Below, piece by piece: positions 1 to 11,808 of a stretch of 64,000 bases of DNA (the first letter of the stretch is position 1; the number at the start of each line of letters is the position of its first letter). The notes beneath the pieces were generated by a model. It searched no databases and was not told where the DNA came from. It was given only the letters and a program-made list of their open reading frames with translations. The stretch comes from Asterias rubens. Lineage: Eukaryota. Where the stretch lies: positions 29,078,001-29,142,000 of the forward strand of contig NC_047062.1 in assembly GCF_902459465.1 (NCBI RefSeq). The letters run 5' to 3'. Made by a program: the position numbers and the translations under genes.

Positions 1-160
1 TTAGAACAACTGTCAATGCCTGACTATTAACGATTGAAAATCTTTTGTAATATTGGTTTTCCTTCATTTCTAGAATGTCAAGTTACTACACAGGATTAAC
101 AGCACACTGAAGGTTGTACACATTACATGTGATATGGATCATTGTTCGCTGCATAAACAG

Positions 161-2459
161 AGAGACTTCTGCTGCGTCATCAAACACACCCAACAGGTAA
201 ACTTGCTTAAAGATCAGCTTAGCATACTAATCAACCTTAGAAACTTGTTCTCACTGGCTTTCATCTCAATGGACCCAGTTCGAATCCCTCTTGGGAACGG
301 ATCTTGCATGTGGACTGGGTTTTCAGTCTTAACATTATTATGAGGATTTTCCTCAGTTTAAGGCAGTGGACACTATTGGTAATTACTAAAAATAATTGTT
401 AGCATAAAACCTTTCTTGGTAACAAGTAATGGGGAGAGGTTGATAGTATAAAACATTGTGAGAAACGGCTCCCTCTGAAGTAATGTAGTTTTCGAGAAAG
501 AAGCAGTTTTCCACAAATTTGATTTCGAGACCTCAGATTTAGAATTTGAAGTCTCAAAATCAAGCATCTGAAAGCACACAACTTCATGTTACAAGGGCAG
601 TTTTTTCTTTCATTTTTATCTCGCAACTTCGATGACCGATTGAGCTCAAATTTTCACAGGTTTGTTATTTTATGCATATGTTGAGATACACCAACTGTGA
701 AGACAATAGTCTTTGACAATTACCAATAGTGTCCAGTGTCTTTAATGTTTTCCTCCCACATCCAAAACAGAGATTTCTTCATCATCTTCTCTTCACAGGT
801 ATCTTCAGTCCTACGGGTCACAGTGCAAGATTCTTGTTAGGGTTCCTTGGTTTCATGACCAGGAAGATATAATATAACAGACCTTTAGCAGGCTGCGACC
901 ATGTTCCCTGTATCCAGTAACAGTATAATGGATGCTAATATTTATTATACAAAAAGGAACCAGACTATGACTATTTCTGCTTCCAGCCTCGGTTTAATTG
1001 AAATTTAGTTGAATGGGAGAAAATCAAAATGGTCGCACTATGATAAAGGTCTCTAATAAAGTTTGGAGTTGTTATAACCATGTCTTGTGGTACTGCAAAG
1101 CAGATTTTATTTGTATTCCTTCATACAAAATATAAAATCCTATCACTCATGTTCTGTATACACCCTACAAACGTGATACTATAAACAAGTTTGTACCATA
1201 TTTTGTGGACTGCTGTTTGTATGTTAGTTTGACCAGTTTCTAGGTCATCTATTTGCAAAGTTGTATAATGACATTGATCATCTTTGTGTTCTTGTTTCTT
1301 CAGCATGGTAAATGGTTCATCGTGGTTTCATCAGTACAGCATCCTATGTGTCCTTCAGGTCAATCTGCAGTTAGAGGACAGGTACGTATCAACCATTGTC
1401 GGTGTAGTTCATTTACAGGTTGCACATGGGTAAACGTTTTCCATTGTCTTTATGTTCTTAGTTGTATAGAGGAAGCATTTGATGCTGGATATGAGGCGTG
1501 GTGAAACCCCCTCTTATTGTGTATTCATTGTATTTATGAAATCTCAGTAATTTTTGTTGCCTTTTTAGGGGGTTACGTCTGTACAAGAGGAAAAGGATGT
1601 GATGAAGTGAGGGAACCTTTATTTTATTTATTTTTTTTTTTGGGGGGGGGGACACTCTCTGCCACATGTTTTTTTTTAAGGTAGATTTTCAGGGTATCTT
1701 CTATGTATCTATTATGTTTCTTTAAGAAGATAAATGGTTGATTTTTTAGTTGATGTAATGTATTGTTGAGCAGATCTAATGTCTGTATTTTCTTCTATGT
1801 AGATATTGTGTTGTGGTATTTCCATGGAGCCAGTATCTACTGCTGATGGAGAACATTGCAGGGTATCCTATTTATCACAGGTAGGTCAGGAAAGACACAT
1901 TATTAGAAGCAAAGTCCTTTGTTTGATCACTTCATTTGTTTTATGATTTTTTTTCTTCAATTATTTGTTTAACTGCTGTAATAGTTGCATCAAATTATAG
2001 AAATGGTAACTGAAGTTCTTTCAATTAAGAACTCACTCCTCGGTAGTGATGTTAAAAACAAGAATCTCCTTAATCAACCAAGCTGAAGGAGTAGTCCCAG
2101 CCGATTTTCTACCTTCCGTCCAGGTAGTAGTTAATAAGCAGGACATTTCTTTAGTCTTCCGAGTTCCGGAAAAAATCCACTCAGTGGCAGCTGAATACAT
2201 GTATATAACAAGACAAGTTTAACATAATCTACCCAGCAAGTACATTGTAGATACACACATGGTGTTACCGCAAACTAAATATACATTGATACCTCACCAT
2301 GCAATGCCTCAAGTCCCACATATGAAATTCTTTGTTTTTGTGTTTGTTTAGATTGACCTGAAGGGTGACCTGAAGCCAACCTTAGTCAACCATCTGACCA
2401 GCAGACTTCCACTGTGTATTGCTCATCTTAGGGACTGCATTGAAATCGGCCATCTGTGA
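161..2459 (+). CDS. START-domain protein, last four coding exons (5' part lies upstream of the window)
   Basis: Exons 161-196, 1304-1381, 1803-1880 and 2352-2459, all AG/GT-bounded and phase 0. They join as RDFCCVIKHTQQ|HGKWFIVVSSVQHPMCPSGQSAVRGQ|ILCCGISMEPVSTADGEHCRVSYLSQ|IDLKGDLKPTLVNHLTSRLPLCIAHLRDCIEIGHL*. This matches the START C-terminal pattern RDF..SV.HP..P...VRG...C.V.Y..Q.D.KG plus the terminal helix. Confidence 0.88.
361..741. mobile_element. MITE family A (Kolobok-type, TTAA-flanked)
   Basis: Termini (A)GGCAGTGGACACTATTGGTAATT and AATTACCAATAGTGTCCAGTGTCT, then TTAA. About 380 bp, with 14 related copies in the window. Confidence 0.85.
2040..2320. mobile_element. Remnant of repeat family K (Penelope-like)
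   Basis: Shares GTAGATACACACATGGTGTTACCGCAAAC...ATTGATACCTCACCATGCAATGCCTC with 16410-16480. The AGAACTCACTCC segment recurs inverted near 33850. Confidence 0.55.
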
Positions 2460-2507
2460 TAACAGAGACAACTTGAACTAGTCTCCTTGGCCTCATTTCA
2501 CCAAGAG

Positions 2508-2590
2508 TTAGGACTAGTCCTAACTTAGGACTAGTCCTAACTTAGGACTAGTCCTAACTTAGGACTAGTCCTAACTTAGGACTAGTTCTA
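2508..2590. repeat. Tandem array of a 17-bp unit containing a 16-bp palindrome, inside repeat family I (about 2489-2665)
   Basis: TTAGGACTAGTCCTAAC x4 perfect plus one imperfect copy. The same motif occurs at 36555-36620 and 59020-59380. Confidence 0.9.
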
Positions 2591-2667
2591 GGAGATATTA
2601 AAAATGTAAGGCTAGTCCAAAGTAAGGACGAGTGAACTCATCCTAACACTTTGTGAAATTCCACCAA

Positions 2668-2856
2668 GGGCCAAGTTTCATAGAGCTGCATAAAAGAGTT
2701 GCTAAGCACAACAGAATTATGCTTACCAGAATAAGGTTACCAGCTCAAATACCATTTTACATGTACAAAATGTGTCAGGTATCCTGCGTATTTTCGCTTA
2801 GCAGAAAATTGCTGAGCATAATCCTTTGATTTAAGCAGCTCTATGAAATTGGGCTC
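2668..2856. mobile_element. MITE family H
   Basis: TIRs GGGCCAAGTTTCATAGAGCTGC and GCAGCTCTATGAAATTGGGCTC. Related sequence near 6205-6545, 30403-30600, 43450-43640, 53440-53560, 54000-54080 and 58270-58490. Confidence 0.75.
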
Positions 2857-3278
2857 AGATGAGATAACTCAGTCAATACACCCAGTCCACATGCTCAATA
2901 ATAGCTGGAGTACTGTTCAATACATGTCAATCAGCGGAGTGCCTGACATCATCTACCAAAGGATTTGACTGAGTACAGATAACTTCATTCAACTCCATTA
3001 ACCAACCAAAGTCAACCAGCCAGCAATTCCTTGCCCCTTTGTCAACTTAACTCTTTGTCCAGGGATGTAGCAAAGAAATATCCTGTTGCAGTGTGTACTG
3101 CAGTATTTGCAAACTGTGTTTTTTCTTCTTTTAATTATTTATACTTTTGGGGGGAGGGGGGAGAATTTGTTCGGCCGAATCTCAGTGACCACAAATATTA
3201 TCCACTTTTCCTAGTTAGGCTATCAGGCCCAGCTTACTAGATTCGATTCAAATTTGACACAAAAAAAAAAACATTTGA

Positions 3279-3640
3279 AGGAACATTACAGAATTGGTTT
3301 TTGTCAACAAAACAGTTGCTGGCAGTGTAAGCACTTTATTTAATCCACCACATACATAAACTGACAAACCTCGATCGGCCGTCTGGGTCACGAGAGAATA
3401 GTGAAAAACTTATTACAAATTTTGCATTGCCTCGATGCCAAAATAAAAATGAATAAAACGCTCACTGAGCGATAAACTCCAAATGCGACATTAGATTATT
3501 TATTTTTGATCAAATTTGAAATTTCAGACGGAAATATTTCAAGGGTAGTTTTCTACTATCATCTTCATTAGATCGTGTAAGTTTTATGAAAATCTGTCAT
3601 CTTCTCGATTTTTGTTTCTTACCAGTTCTGTAACGTTCCT
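3279..3640. mobile_element. MITE family E (Kolobok-type)
   Basis: TIRs AGGAACATTACAGAATTGGT and ACCAGTTCTGTAACGTTCCT, followed by TTAA. Confidence 0.75.
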
Positions 3641-4077
3641 TTAAAGAAAAAATACTGACTTTTGGTCTGCAAAATTACTGAATGTCATTGTCCTACGTGA
3701 TGTAGTTCCTCATTTTTAAAGTGGGGTTGAAATCAATATGGGTGGGAGGGTTGAAGGGTGTCACATCACCCGGTAGCTACATCCCTGTCTGTGTCTACCA
3801 ATCATGTTTTGCATACCAATTATCTTTCCATACCCTCCAAGATTTGTTCAACTGTCTCAAAGAGTATCCTATCTGGAATAACTGCTGAAATTATACTGAT
3901 CAGAAATTTAAAATACTTTGTGAAATCATGTGATTGAAATTATGATAATCAGTATTTTTTTATAACATGGAGGTACAAATATTGTCTAGCTGTTTTGTAA
4001 ATCGTTACCATTATTGGACGTAGACTTGCTTCCATGACTGCCTTTTTCTCCAAGTCAATAGAGACACCGCCAACAAA

Positions 4078-4215
4078 GGTTAAATAGCTCAGTTGGTAGA
4101 TGTGCTGGCACGTTAACCGGAGTTCGTTGGTTCAAATCCCGCTCTAGTCAATCTTTCTTTGATGACTAGATTTTAAATTAACCCAGTCAGTTTCCCTTGT
4201 GGTTTATAACTTGAT
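4078..4215 (+). mobile_element. tRNA-derived SINE fragment
   Basis: A box TAGCTCAGTTGGTAG and B box GGTTCAAATCC, followed by the tail ACCCAGTCAGTTTCCCTTGTGGTTTAT also seen at 43750-43785. Confidence 0.7.
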
Positions 4216-4388
4216 ATTTAAAAATCGAATTGGTACTTTGTTTTTGAAATGATGAGTACTTATTAATACATAATCACCTTGACTCTAATGGGCTCCTTGC
4301 TGAATCCCGTCATAGAGAACATTCCGTTTTGTACTGTGAATTTACAATCTTTTCCAACACATTTTAGCTATTTATTTAAAAAACCCAA

Positions 4389-4717
4389 GGCACTGAACAC
4401 TATTGGTAATGACTCAAAGTAACTGTTAGCATAAAAACTTACTTGGTTACGAGCAATGGAGAGCTGTTGATAGTACAAAACATTGTGAGAAATGGCTCAA
4501 TGTGAAGTAACGTAGTATTTGAGAGAGAGAGGTAATTTCCCACTTAAATACTAAAAGACCAGGCATGAAGCCTTAAATTTGGCATGGGTGGTTTCTTTCA
4601 TTATTCTCTTGCAACTTCGATGACCATTTGAGCCCAAATTTTCACAGGTTTGTTATTTTATGGATACACCAAGTGAGAATACTGGTCTGTGACAATTACC
4701 AAAGGTGTCCAGTGCCT
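4389..4717. mobile_element. MITE family A
   Basis: AGGCACTGAACACTATTGGTAAT...GGTGTCCAGTGCCT then TTAA, which is shared with the next element. Confidence 0.8.
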
Positions 4718-4721
4718 TTAA

Positions 4722-5080
4722 AGGAACACGTTGCCTTGGATCGGATGAGATGGTCTAAAGAGAGCGTTTGAACCCGTTTGTTATAAAATGCATATAGTTG
4801 GAAAGATGTTTTAAAAGTAGAATACAATGATCCACACAAATTTGCCTCGAAATTGCGTGTTTTCCTTTTGCTTTGCGAACTAACACAGTCGGCCATTTAT
4901 GGGAGTAAAAAATTTGACTCCCAAAAATGGCCGAAGGAAAACCATGCGTTTTCGAGGCACATTTGTGTGGATCATTGTACTCTACTTTTAAAACATCTTT
5001 CCAACCATATGTATTTTATAACAAACGGTTACAAACGCTTTTCAAATACCAACTCGACTGGTCCAAGGCAACGTGTTCCT
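4722..5080. mobile_element. MITE family B (Kolobok-type, fold-back)
   Basis: TTAA|AGGAACACGTTGCCTTGGA...TCCAAGGCAACGTGTTCCT|TTAA. Other copies at 42844 and 46668. Confidence 0.88.
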
Positions 5081-5137
5081 TTAAGTAGTAACTCCTTTGT
5101 AGGAAGAACTATGCATGTCATTTGTAATGCGCCTTGG

Positions 5138-5404
5138 TTTTGACCGCGCGAGGGCGCTATAAAAAGTATTTTTATCACTTCCGGGGGTGTACGCGCTGCA
5201 CAAATCAATAGGCGTTCTGTCACTTTTGTTGCGCCGTAGTTTCAATTTGCTTTAGAGGTGGATTATAACGGCTACTTTAAAAGTCTGATTGTCTGTGATG
5301 GATTAGATGTCTGTGGTGGTAATGTGTTCCAATCTTTAATAACTGTTTTGGGTATGAATGAATATAACCCCAGAAGTGATTGAGAGCGCCCTCACGCGGT
5401 CAAA
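5138..5404. mobile_element. TIR element (MITE)
   Basis: Inverted repeats TTTGACCGCGCGAGGGCGCT and AGCGCCCTCACGCGGTCAAA. The internal segment recurs near 23465-23550. Confidence 0.65.
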
Positions 5405-6204
5405 AATATGGCCCATTGACATTCAGCTGATTTTGTAGATTTCAACCTGGCCTTTTAAAATTATTTAGTGGTATCGATTCCGTCCTAACAATCCGTGCCT
5501 ACATGTTAAATCATGATATAAGTTATGCATAAGTTTTTCTATGTTTACTAGTTGAAGTTATGAATATGACAAGTGGCTTAGATTTAAATTATCGAAAGAA
5601 TAAATCATGCATTAACTATAAACTGAAACCCACTTCTGCCAAATATATAGGAAAATAATCATTTTGCGATACTTAAATATTGGGCTTTACAGTCAGAGAA
5701 ATCATAGAATGTTGACTAAAAGAGAGAACCAAATGTTATAATCAGTGAAAAAATAATTAAGTTTTAAAAGGGAATACAAGCAAATGCCACCTAATGTAAT
5801 CCTTGTGAATAATGAAACAAGGCACTGTATTCTGCTAAGTAAATATTCCTCCAAAGTTACATACATTGATACAGTTAACATGGAGTCAAATTAAACATCC
5901 GTTTTTCAGCTTTATAGTATTCAGGTATTTCAGGAAACTTGTCCTTCAAATAATCTGTGACGATTACACTCAAAATTTTAAATCATATGCTTGCTTGGAA
6001 AAGATCCAATTCAGCCAACAATTTAAGATGTGTTTCAAACATATTTCTTTAGTTGGAAGTTGTGTGCATGTACAGGCTGGTCGTTATTCCCCTGGGGCTA
6101 CCTTAGGGAATTGAGTAGTGTGAAATGGGCTAAAGACTGGCTTGTAGTAGCTTGCTCATTTACCACAACAAAACAAAAATCATTGCAGGCCATTAAAACC
6201 ATGC

Positions 6205-6545
6205 AGGGCCCAAGAAGTAGCTAAGCACAACAACATTATGCTTACTAAAATAAGGCCATCAGCCAAACCTTCATGCCACTTGTACAATTTGTGACTGGTA
6301 TCCTGCTCATTTCTGCTAAGCAGGTAATTGTTATGCAATGTTTCCTGCTTAAGCAGCTCTATGAAATTCGCCCCTTATCCCCCAAGTCAATTACAGTGAT
6401 CATTCAGAGACAACAAAATATTAAGCACAACAAAATTATGCTAACTAAAATAAGGCTACCAGCCAAACCTCCATGCCACTTGTACAATTTGTGACTGGTA
6501 TCCTGCTTATTTCTGCTTAGCAGACAATTGTTAAGCAAGTGCCCC
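6205..6545. repeat. Two tandem fragments of family H
   Basis: AAGCACAAC..ATTATGCT.ACTAAAATAAGG...CACTTGTACAATTTGTGACTGGTATCCTGCT occurs twice, about 200 bp apart. Confidence 0.7.
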
Positions 6546-9500
6546 CCCCCCCCCCCAATGAGCCAATTACTGTAATAATTCAGAGACAGGTGCCTGGTGC
6601 CAACACTCCTCATTGGATTACATCTATTTTATTGACTGAGCTTCCTGTTTGTCTGTGGTAGTCATTGATTCTATCAATGCTGCACTCTGGCTCTAAACTA
6701 ATTTGTGATGTGTTATTGAAAGAGGGGAGACTAAAAGGGAGAGGTGAGATTATAAATCTAGGGGGATATAAAACATAACAGGATTCAGAAGTAGGAAGCT
6801 ATGCAATGGTATATAACACATTGGAATTATGTTATAAATTTGACTTTTGAAACAGTGCAAAATGAGTTGAATTTGTTAACATTTGTGATTATCACTATTA
6901 CAAATTTGTTGATATAAGTATAAGTATTTACATTTTTCAAATATTTCACTTAAAGAAATGATATAAAGGCTTAATAGTCATAAAATTAAGTTACAATCTA
7001 AATTGCCTTCATTTTTGAGAAATATTTATTATGTTGGAACCCACATTTGCTTACATTTTCTAGAAAGCATGTAAGTAAAGGAACATATTAGTCTTAACAA
7101 AAAGTCAAAAATACTTTTTGCTTTTCCGCAGCAATGTATGTACCTTCTTCAATGAATTTTCCATGAATTACTTTTAAGATGCTTCTTGGAATGATACGGA
7201 TGAATTGGAAACTTCCTCAAAAAGGGGGTTAAACATGTTCACCACATGCTCCAAAGTTGGATTCAGTGTTGTTTAATAGGACTCCGTCTACTGGGAAAAC
7301 GAGTGCGTCACAAATTTGACTCTTGAGAGTGCCTCTTTAACATTTGCATCATTAGATTAGCATTTGGGGTGCCAAATCTTGTCTTAGGCTAAGGTTTTTA
7401 GGAAAACTGGATCAGCTTTAGGGGAATAAATCTAGCAATGTAATTGAACCTCCATTCACTTGAAAAACTTGTATATATTGTACATATGAAAACACTGAAA
7501 CGGGTAGACATTGTATATTTGGTTTGAGTTGGATGGGTACGTTCAAATTTTCTTTGAATCTCAGCATTTTTTGTATGCATGAAAAACTTGTTTTCCTGTA
7601 GGTTTTGTAATTATTTCTGTACAAAGGTGTTTTTATAATAACTTAATATTGTTTTCTGATTGTGTGCGTTCTAGTTTGATCGTCCATGCGAGAATTTTGT
7701 CATTTTGTTTGTGATGGAAGTCAAATGTTATACATTGTTTATGTTTTTGTTTGTTAAGAGAGCAATAATTTATTGAGAGAAAGTAGTTTTATTAGAACTT
7801 TACAATTTTGGAATGGAGTTTTTCGTCCAACGTTTTAATTTATTTACCGGTAATACTTTGGTTGTGTTGTTTATTTTGTGTGGAATCTGATATCTATTAA
7901 CTACCCCTTCTTTGTTTTTGTTTTCTGAACGATTCCAATACAGTCCTTAGTTTTGTTGTGTGTATTGAATATTTGGTGGTTTAAACTACCTTTTTTTTGT
8001 ACAGAATCTTGTGTAAAATCTTCTCAATTGCCTGAAAAGGCACCTAGAAAACAGTGATACAAATTAGACTTGGACCACTAAGTCAAAATACCATTTTGCG
8101 TATTCACTTGTGTATAGGATTGCACTGTACTTCAGCAGAATGATGCGAATCTTGTGGAACATTCTGGTGGTCCAATGGATTGCAGGCAATCATAAAGCGT
8201 TCTTTCAGCTCAGAATATGCCCAACTTATGAGACGCTCTCTAAAAATGAAAACTATTTGACAAAAACCACATGCTAAGTTTATGTATGGCCAATGTGTGC
8301 TGGCAGTTGTAGCCCTATTTCTACTTGATACTGACTGAAGTTCAACAACTTTATACCCAGTGTAAATAAGCAAATAAGTTCTCTTATATTGTGTTTTTCT
8401 AAACTATTTTTGTACAAAATGAGCATACCTTTTTGTGGCTGCATCTTGTGGTGGTGATGTAAAAAAATATAAATATTTATTATTTAATTACAAGCAGATG
8501 AGGTGTCCTTAAATGTTCATTTATAGCATGGTTTTGAGTCACAGGGTATTTAAGTGATTGATTCTGCACAAAACACCTGTTAAACTTTGGTATTATTGAA
8601 TAAGGCCTGATCACTTTACAGCAGACTAAACCTCTTGTTTTCTATTTAAAGTTTACAATTGAAAAGAAGAGGTTTAGTCTGCTAAAAGTTTTGTGAACTA
8701 CAGTACAGAGTACTATTTAGACTTGTTGACAAGTCTTTAAATGTCTCTCGTGGTAGTAGCGTTCTCTCTCCCAGCGATTCCGACTCTCACCACGATTCCG
8801 ACTCTCACCACGATTCCCACAACACTGACGGTATCCTTGCGAGACTGCTGGCCCTGCTAGACTACTGCTCTAGTCTGCAGCCAGCAGTTTGCGCGAGAGC
8901 AGTATTCGATCGAAACCTGAATATTACACCACGGCTTGGCTCTCTCACCGCGACAGACCATTAACGACTTGTCCCCGAGTCTAGGTACTAATGGAAACCT
9001 GAATCATCATTGTCATTCAATAAAACATCGCCATTTTAATTTCTTTGTAACATTTCTATAATAATAATTCTGTAATATAAACATGTAACTTGCATTGATA
9101 CTGCATACACCACCCAATACCACTGAATCAATTAAAACTATCAAAGCACACAATGATACGTTTAATCTTCGGAACACCATTTCACTAACTAACAAATTTC
9201 AGTTACTTCATAAATTACAATTTTCATTCAAACTGTTAACTATTTTTCATTGTTTAAATAGAATACAACTTCAAACAAACGACTCATTTTGATTCATTCA
9301 ACAGTGCCCATTTTCATGGCTCTGCTCACCATGAATTATGCACTTACAGTCCATAGAAAAACACAATATTCATGGTACAATAAAACATCATTCTGTTGTA
9401 AGCAGCGCAATGAAACTTGGCCGAGAGCTATTAAAATGCAGCCACTCATTGGCCCAATCACTGAACAAAGTTCATTTGGGAAAAAATGGTATTCATACAA

Positions 9501-10671
9501 TCTAGTAAAGACATGAATTTGTCAACCAAATCATGCAATAACTAAAACTAAGTCGAGCCCGGTTTATACTTTGGCACATTTTGGCGAGGCAATAATCAGG
9601 GCACTGTTTTTCCAATTGTTACGCCAGAAAATTGGCTTTGCTTTCGCTTTCACGTGAAGTATGAACCGAGCTTCTGCTTTACACATAATTGCAAACAAAT
9701 ATGGCAAGTAATTTGTTAATTGCATTCGATTCTGCATTCAAATAATAAAACAAAGCTGGTGGACAATTCAACATTTCAACTACTAATTTTAAATAATATT
9801 TCTTTTGCAATGTAAAATGAAACCTACAAACATTATTATGAAACATTCTATTGTGTTTGTGCGTAAAAGAGATATTCAAAGTAACACTTGCTAACACTAC
9901 ATGCTACTTTATAAACTACATAATACAGTAGATAAATGAAACTAAGTTGTAACTTTTTTCTTAAAAGAAAATACAATGTACTTCACAGGAGTATTTGATG
10001 TATGCCTCTTGCAAATAGGTTCCTGATATTAAAGGGATTGTACCCCCTGACCTAAAATATTGAGAGCAGGCTCAAGAAAAACCTAACTTCAGAAAAAAAG
10101 TAACAAAATTGCTAGCAAACCTGAGAAGATGTAAATTTGGAGGGAGGGGAAATCCTAAAATGAATAACTAGCTAGTAATTTAATTCAATTTGTTTTAAAA
10201 CTAATTTAGAGAAATTTGCAACAACCTTTTTAAAGAATGTGCAATTGTTTCTTTTCTATTTATTTTGTTTTTTGATGCATTTGTGAAAAGACATTTGACA
10301 AAAAGTATGCACTTTAATATGTTGGTACCATGATGACTGTAGGAATGTTTATAGCTTAAATATTTAACATAACACACGATATAGGATTACAGTTGGAGAA
10401 AAAATAAGATAATTTAGCAGTTTTACACTGATACTTTTTTAACAACCTGAGGAACAATTTTGAACAACATAATGAACAAAGCAGCATAATGCCAACATGG
10501 AAATGCGCCACTCAAAAATAAATATGAGCTAAGGAGGAAATAGGTCAACTGGGAATAGAAGCTTTGAAGGCAGTGGAAGTTGACTCATCACATAAAATAT
10601 AACGTCCATGTATGAATACAAATTCATCCAAACCGGCAAATAGTTGAAATTTCTTCAATACGTTTGCTTAA

Positions 10672-11017
10672 AGGGTCTATGTAACTTTTGTCGGACAAAA
10701 AACACAATGTCCACAGATTTACACTAAACTTACAGTTCGAAGATAATGATAGTAGAAAGCTTCCCTGAAAATATTACATGCTGAGGTGCTGTAGTTTTGG
10801 GGAAATGAGTAAAACAATGTCATGAAAATAATTTTCGTCTCATGAGACGAAAATTATTCTCATCATTTACAAACATATTTTCATGACATTGTTTTACTCA
10901 TTTCTCAAAAACTACAGCACCTCAGTAAGTTATAGGAAAGCTTTCCACTATCATTATCTTCAAACCCTGTAAGTTTAATGTAAATCTATGGACATTTTGA
11001 AAAAGTACCCAAATCCT
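10672..11017. mobile_element. MITE family C (Kolobok-type, nearly whole-element palindrome)
   Basis: TTAA|AGGG...ATCCT|TTAA with central palindrome ATAATTTTCGTCTCATGAGACGAAAATTAT. Second copy at 53567-53923. Confidence 0.85.
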
Positions 11018-11235
11018 TTAAAACAAGTCGATGAAAAATCAAGATAACGTGAAACGCACAATTTTTAACTAATGTGTAAATTGTACATGTTCACAATATT
11101 TGTAATACTTTAAAGAGACTTGACATCCATTTGCATTTAAATTAAAATGACATCATAAGCAGCCCTTATTAAATTTCTCAAATGTAACTTCATTAACTTC
11201 CATTAATAACTACATGTACATTTATCTTGTATAAA

Positions 11236-11808
11236 AGACACTAGACACTATTGGTAATTGTCAAAGACCAGTCGTCTCACTTGGTGTACTCCAACAGTAT
11301 GCATGTAAAATAACAAACCTGTGAACGGTTGAGCTCAATCGGTCGTCGCAGTTGCGAGATGTTAGGGACTTTTCGTTTTCGACGACGGATGGTTCTGCGA
11401 CGGTTGTTCAGCTAAACGTTGTCGTTTTCAGCACAACGGAGATTCATCCCAAGTACTGTCGTAGAAATTGAGGGACGACCGTCCTCAAAGCCGACGCATG
11501 CGCAGATGACGCCAAATGTCATCTTTACCGTCGCAGAACCATCCGTCGTCAAAAACAAAAAGTCCCTAATAATGAAAAGAAAAAACACTCTCGTCACATG
11601 AAGTTGTGTGCTTTCAGATGCTTGATTTTGAGACCTCCAATTCTGAGGTCTCGAAATCAAATTCGTGGAAAACTACTTCTTTCTAAACTATGTTACTTCA
11701 GAGGGAGCCGTTTCTCACAATGTTTTATACTATCAACCTCTCCCCATTACTCGTCACCAAGTAAGGTTTTATGCTAATAATTATTTTGAGTAATTACCAT
11801 TAGTGCCT
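11236..11808. mobile_element. MITE family A interrupted by a nested MITE
   Basis: Family A sequence stops at TTGCGAGAT (11360) and resumes at TAATAATGAAAAG (11567). Confidence 0.8.
11365..11566. mobile_element. Nested MITE, PIF/Harbinger-like
   Basis: About 39-bp TIRs GGGACTTTTCGTTTTCGACGACGGATGGTTCTGCGACGGT and ACCGTCGCAGAACCATCCGTCGTCAAAAACAAAAAGTCCC, flanked by TTA and TAA. Confidence 0.75.

Noticed and set aside
373-626. Recurring ORF peptides such as CFQMLDFETSNSK.EVSKSN (also at 33914, 54393, 55801, 55841, 60110)
   Set aside because: These are translations of family A MITE DNA. The frames and stops differ between copies and no transposase motif is present.
801-870. Candidate exon after TCTTCACAG within the START gene
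   Set aside because: All frames stop without a good donor, and exons 161-196 and 1304-1381 already join in frame.
2508-2590. CRISPR-like palindromic repeat array
   Set aside because: The units are contiguous with no spacers, there are no cas genes, and the context is eukaryotic.
4078-4150. Functional tRNA genes at 4078, 34400, 43670 and 53160
   Set aside because: They have A and B boxes but broken stems, and they continue into shared SINE bodies.
7225-7300. Minus-strand peptide LNPTLEHVWN resembling the Tc1 NPIEHVW motif
   Set aside because: It is too short, needs an insertion and a frameshift to align, and has no TIRs or further transposase motifs nearby.
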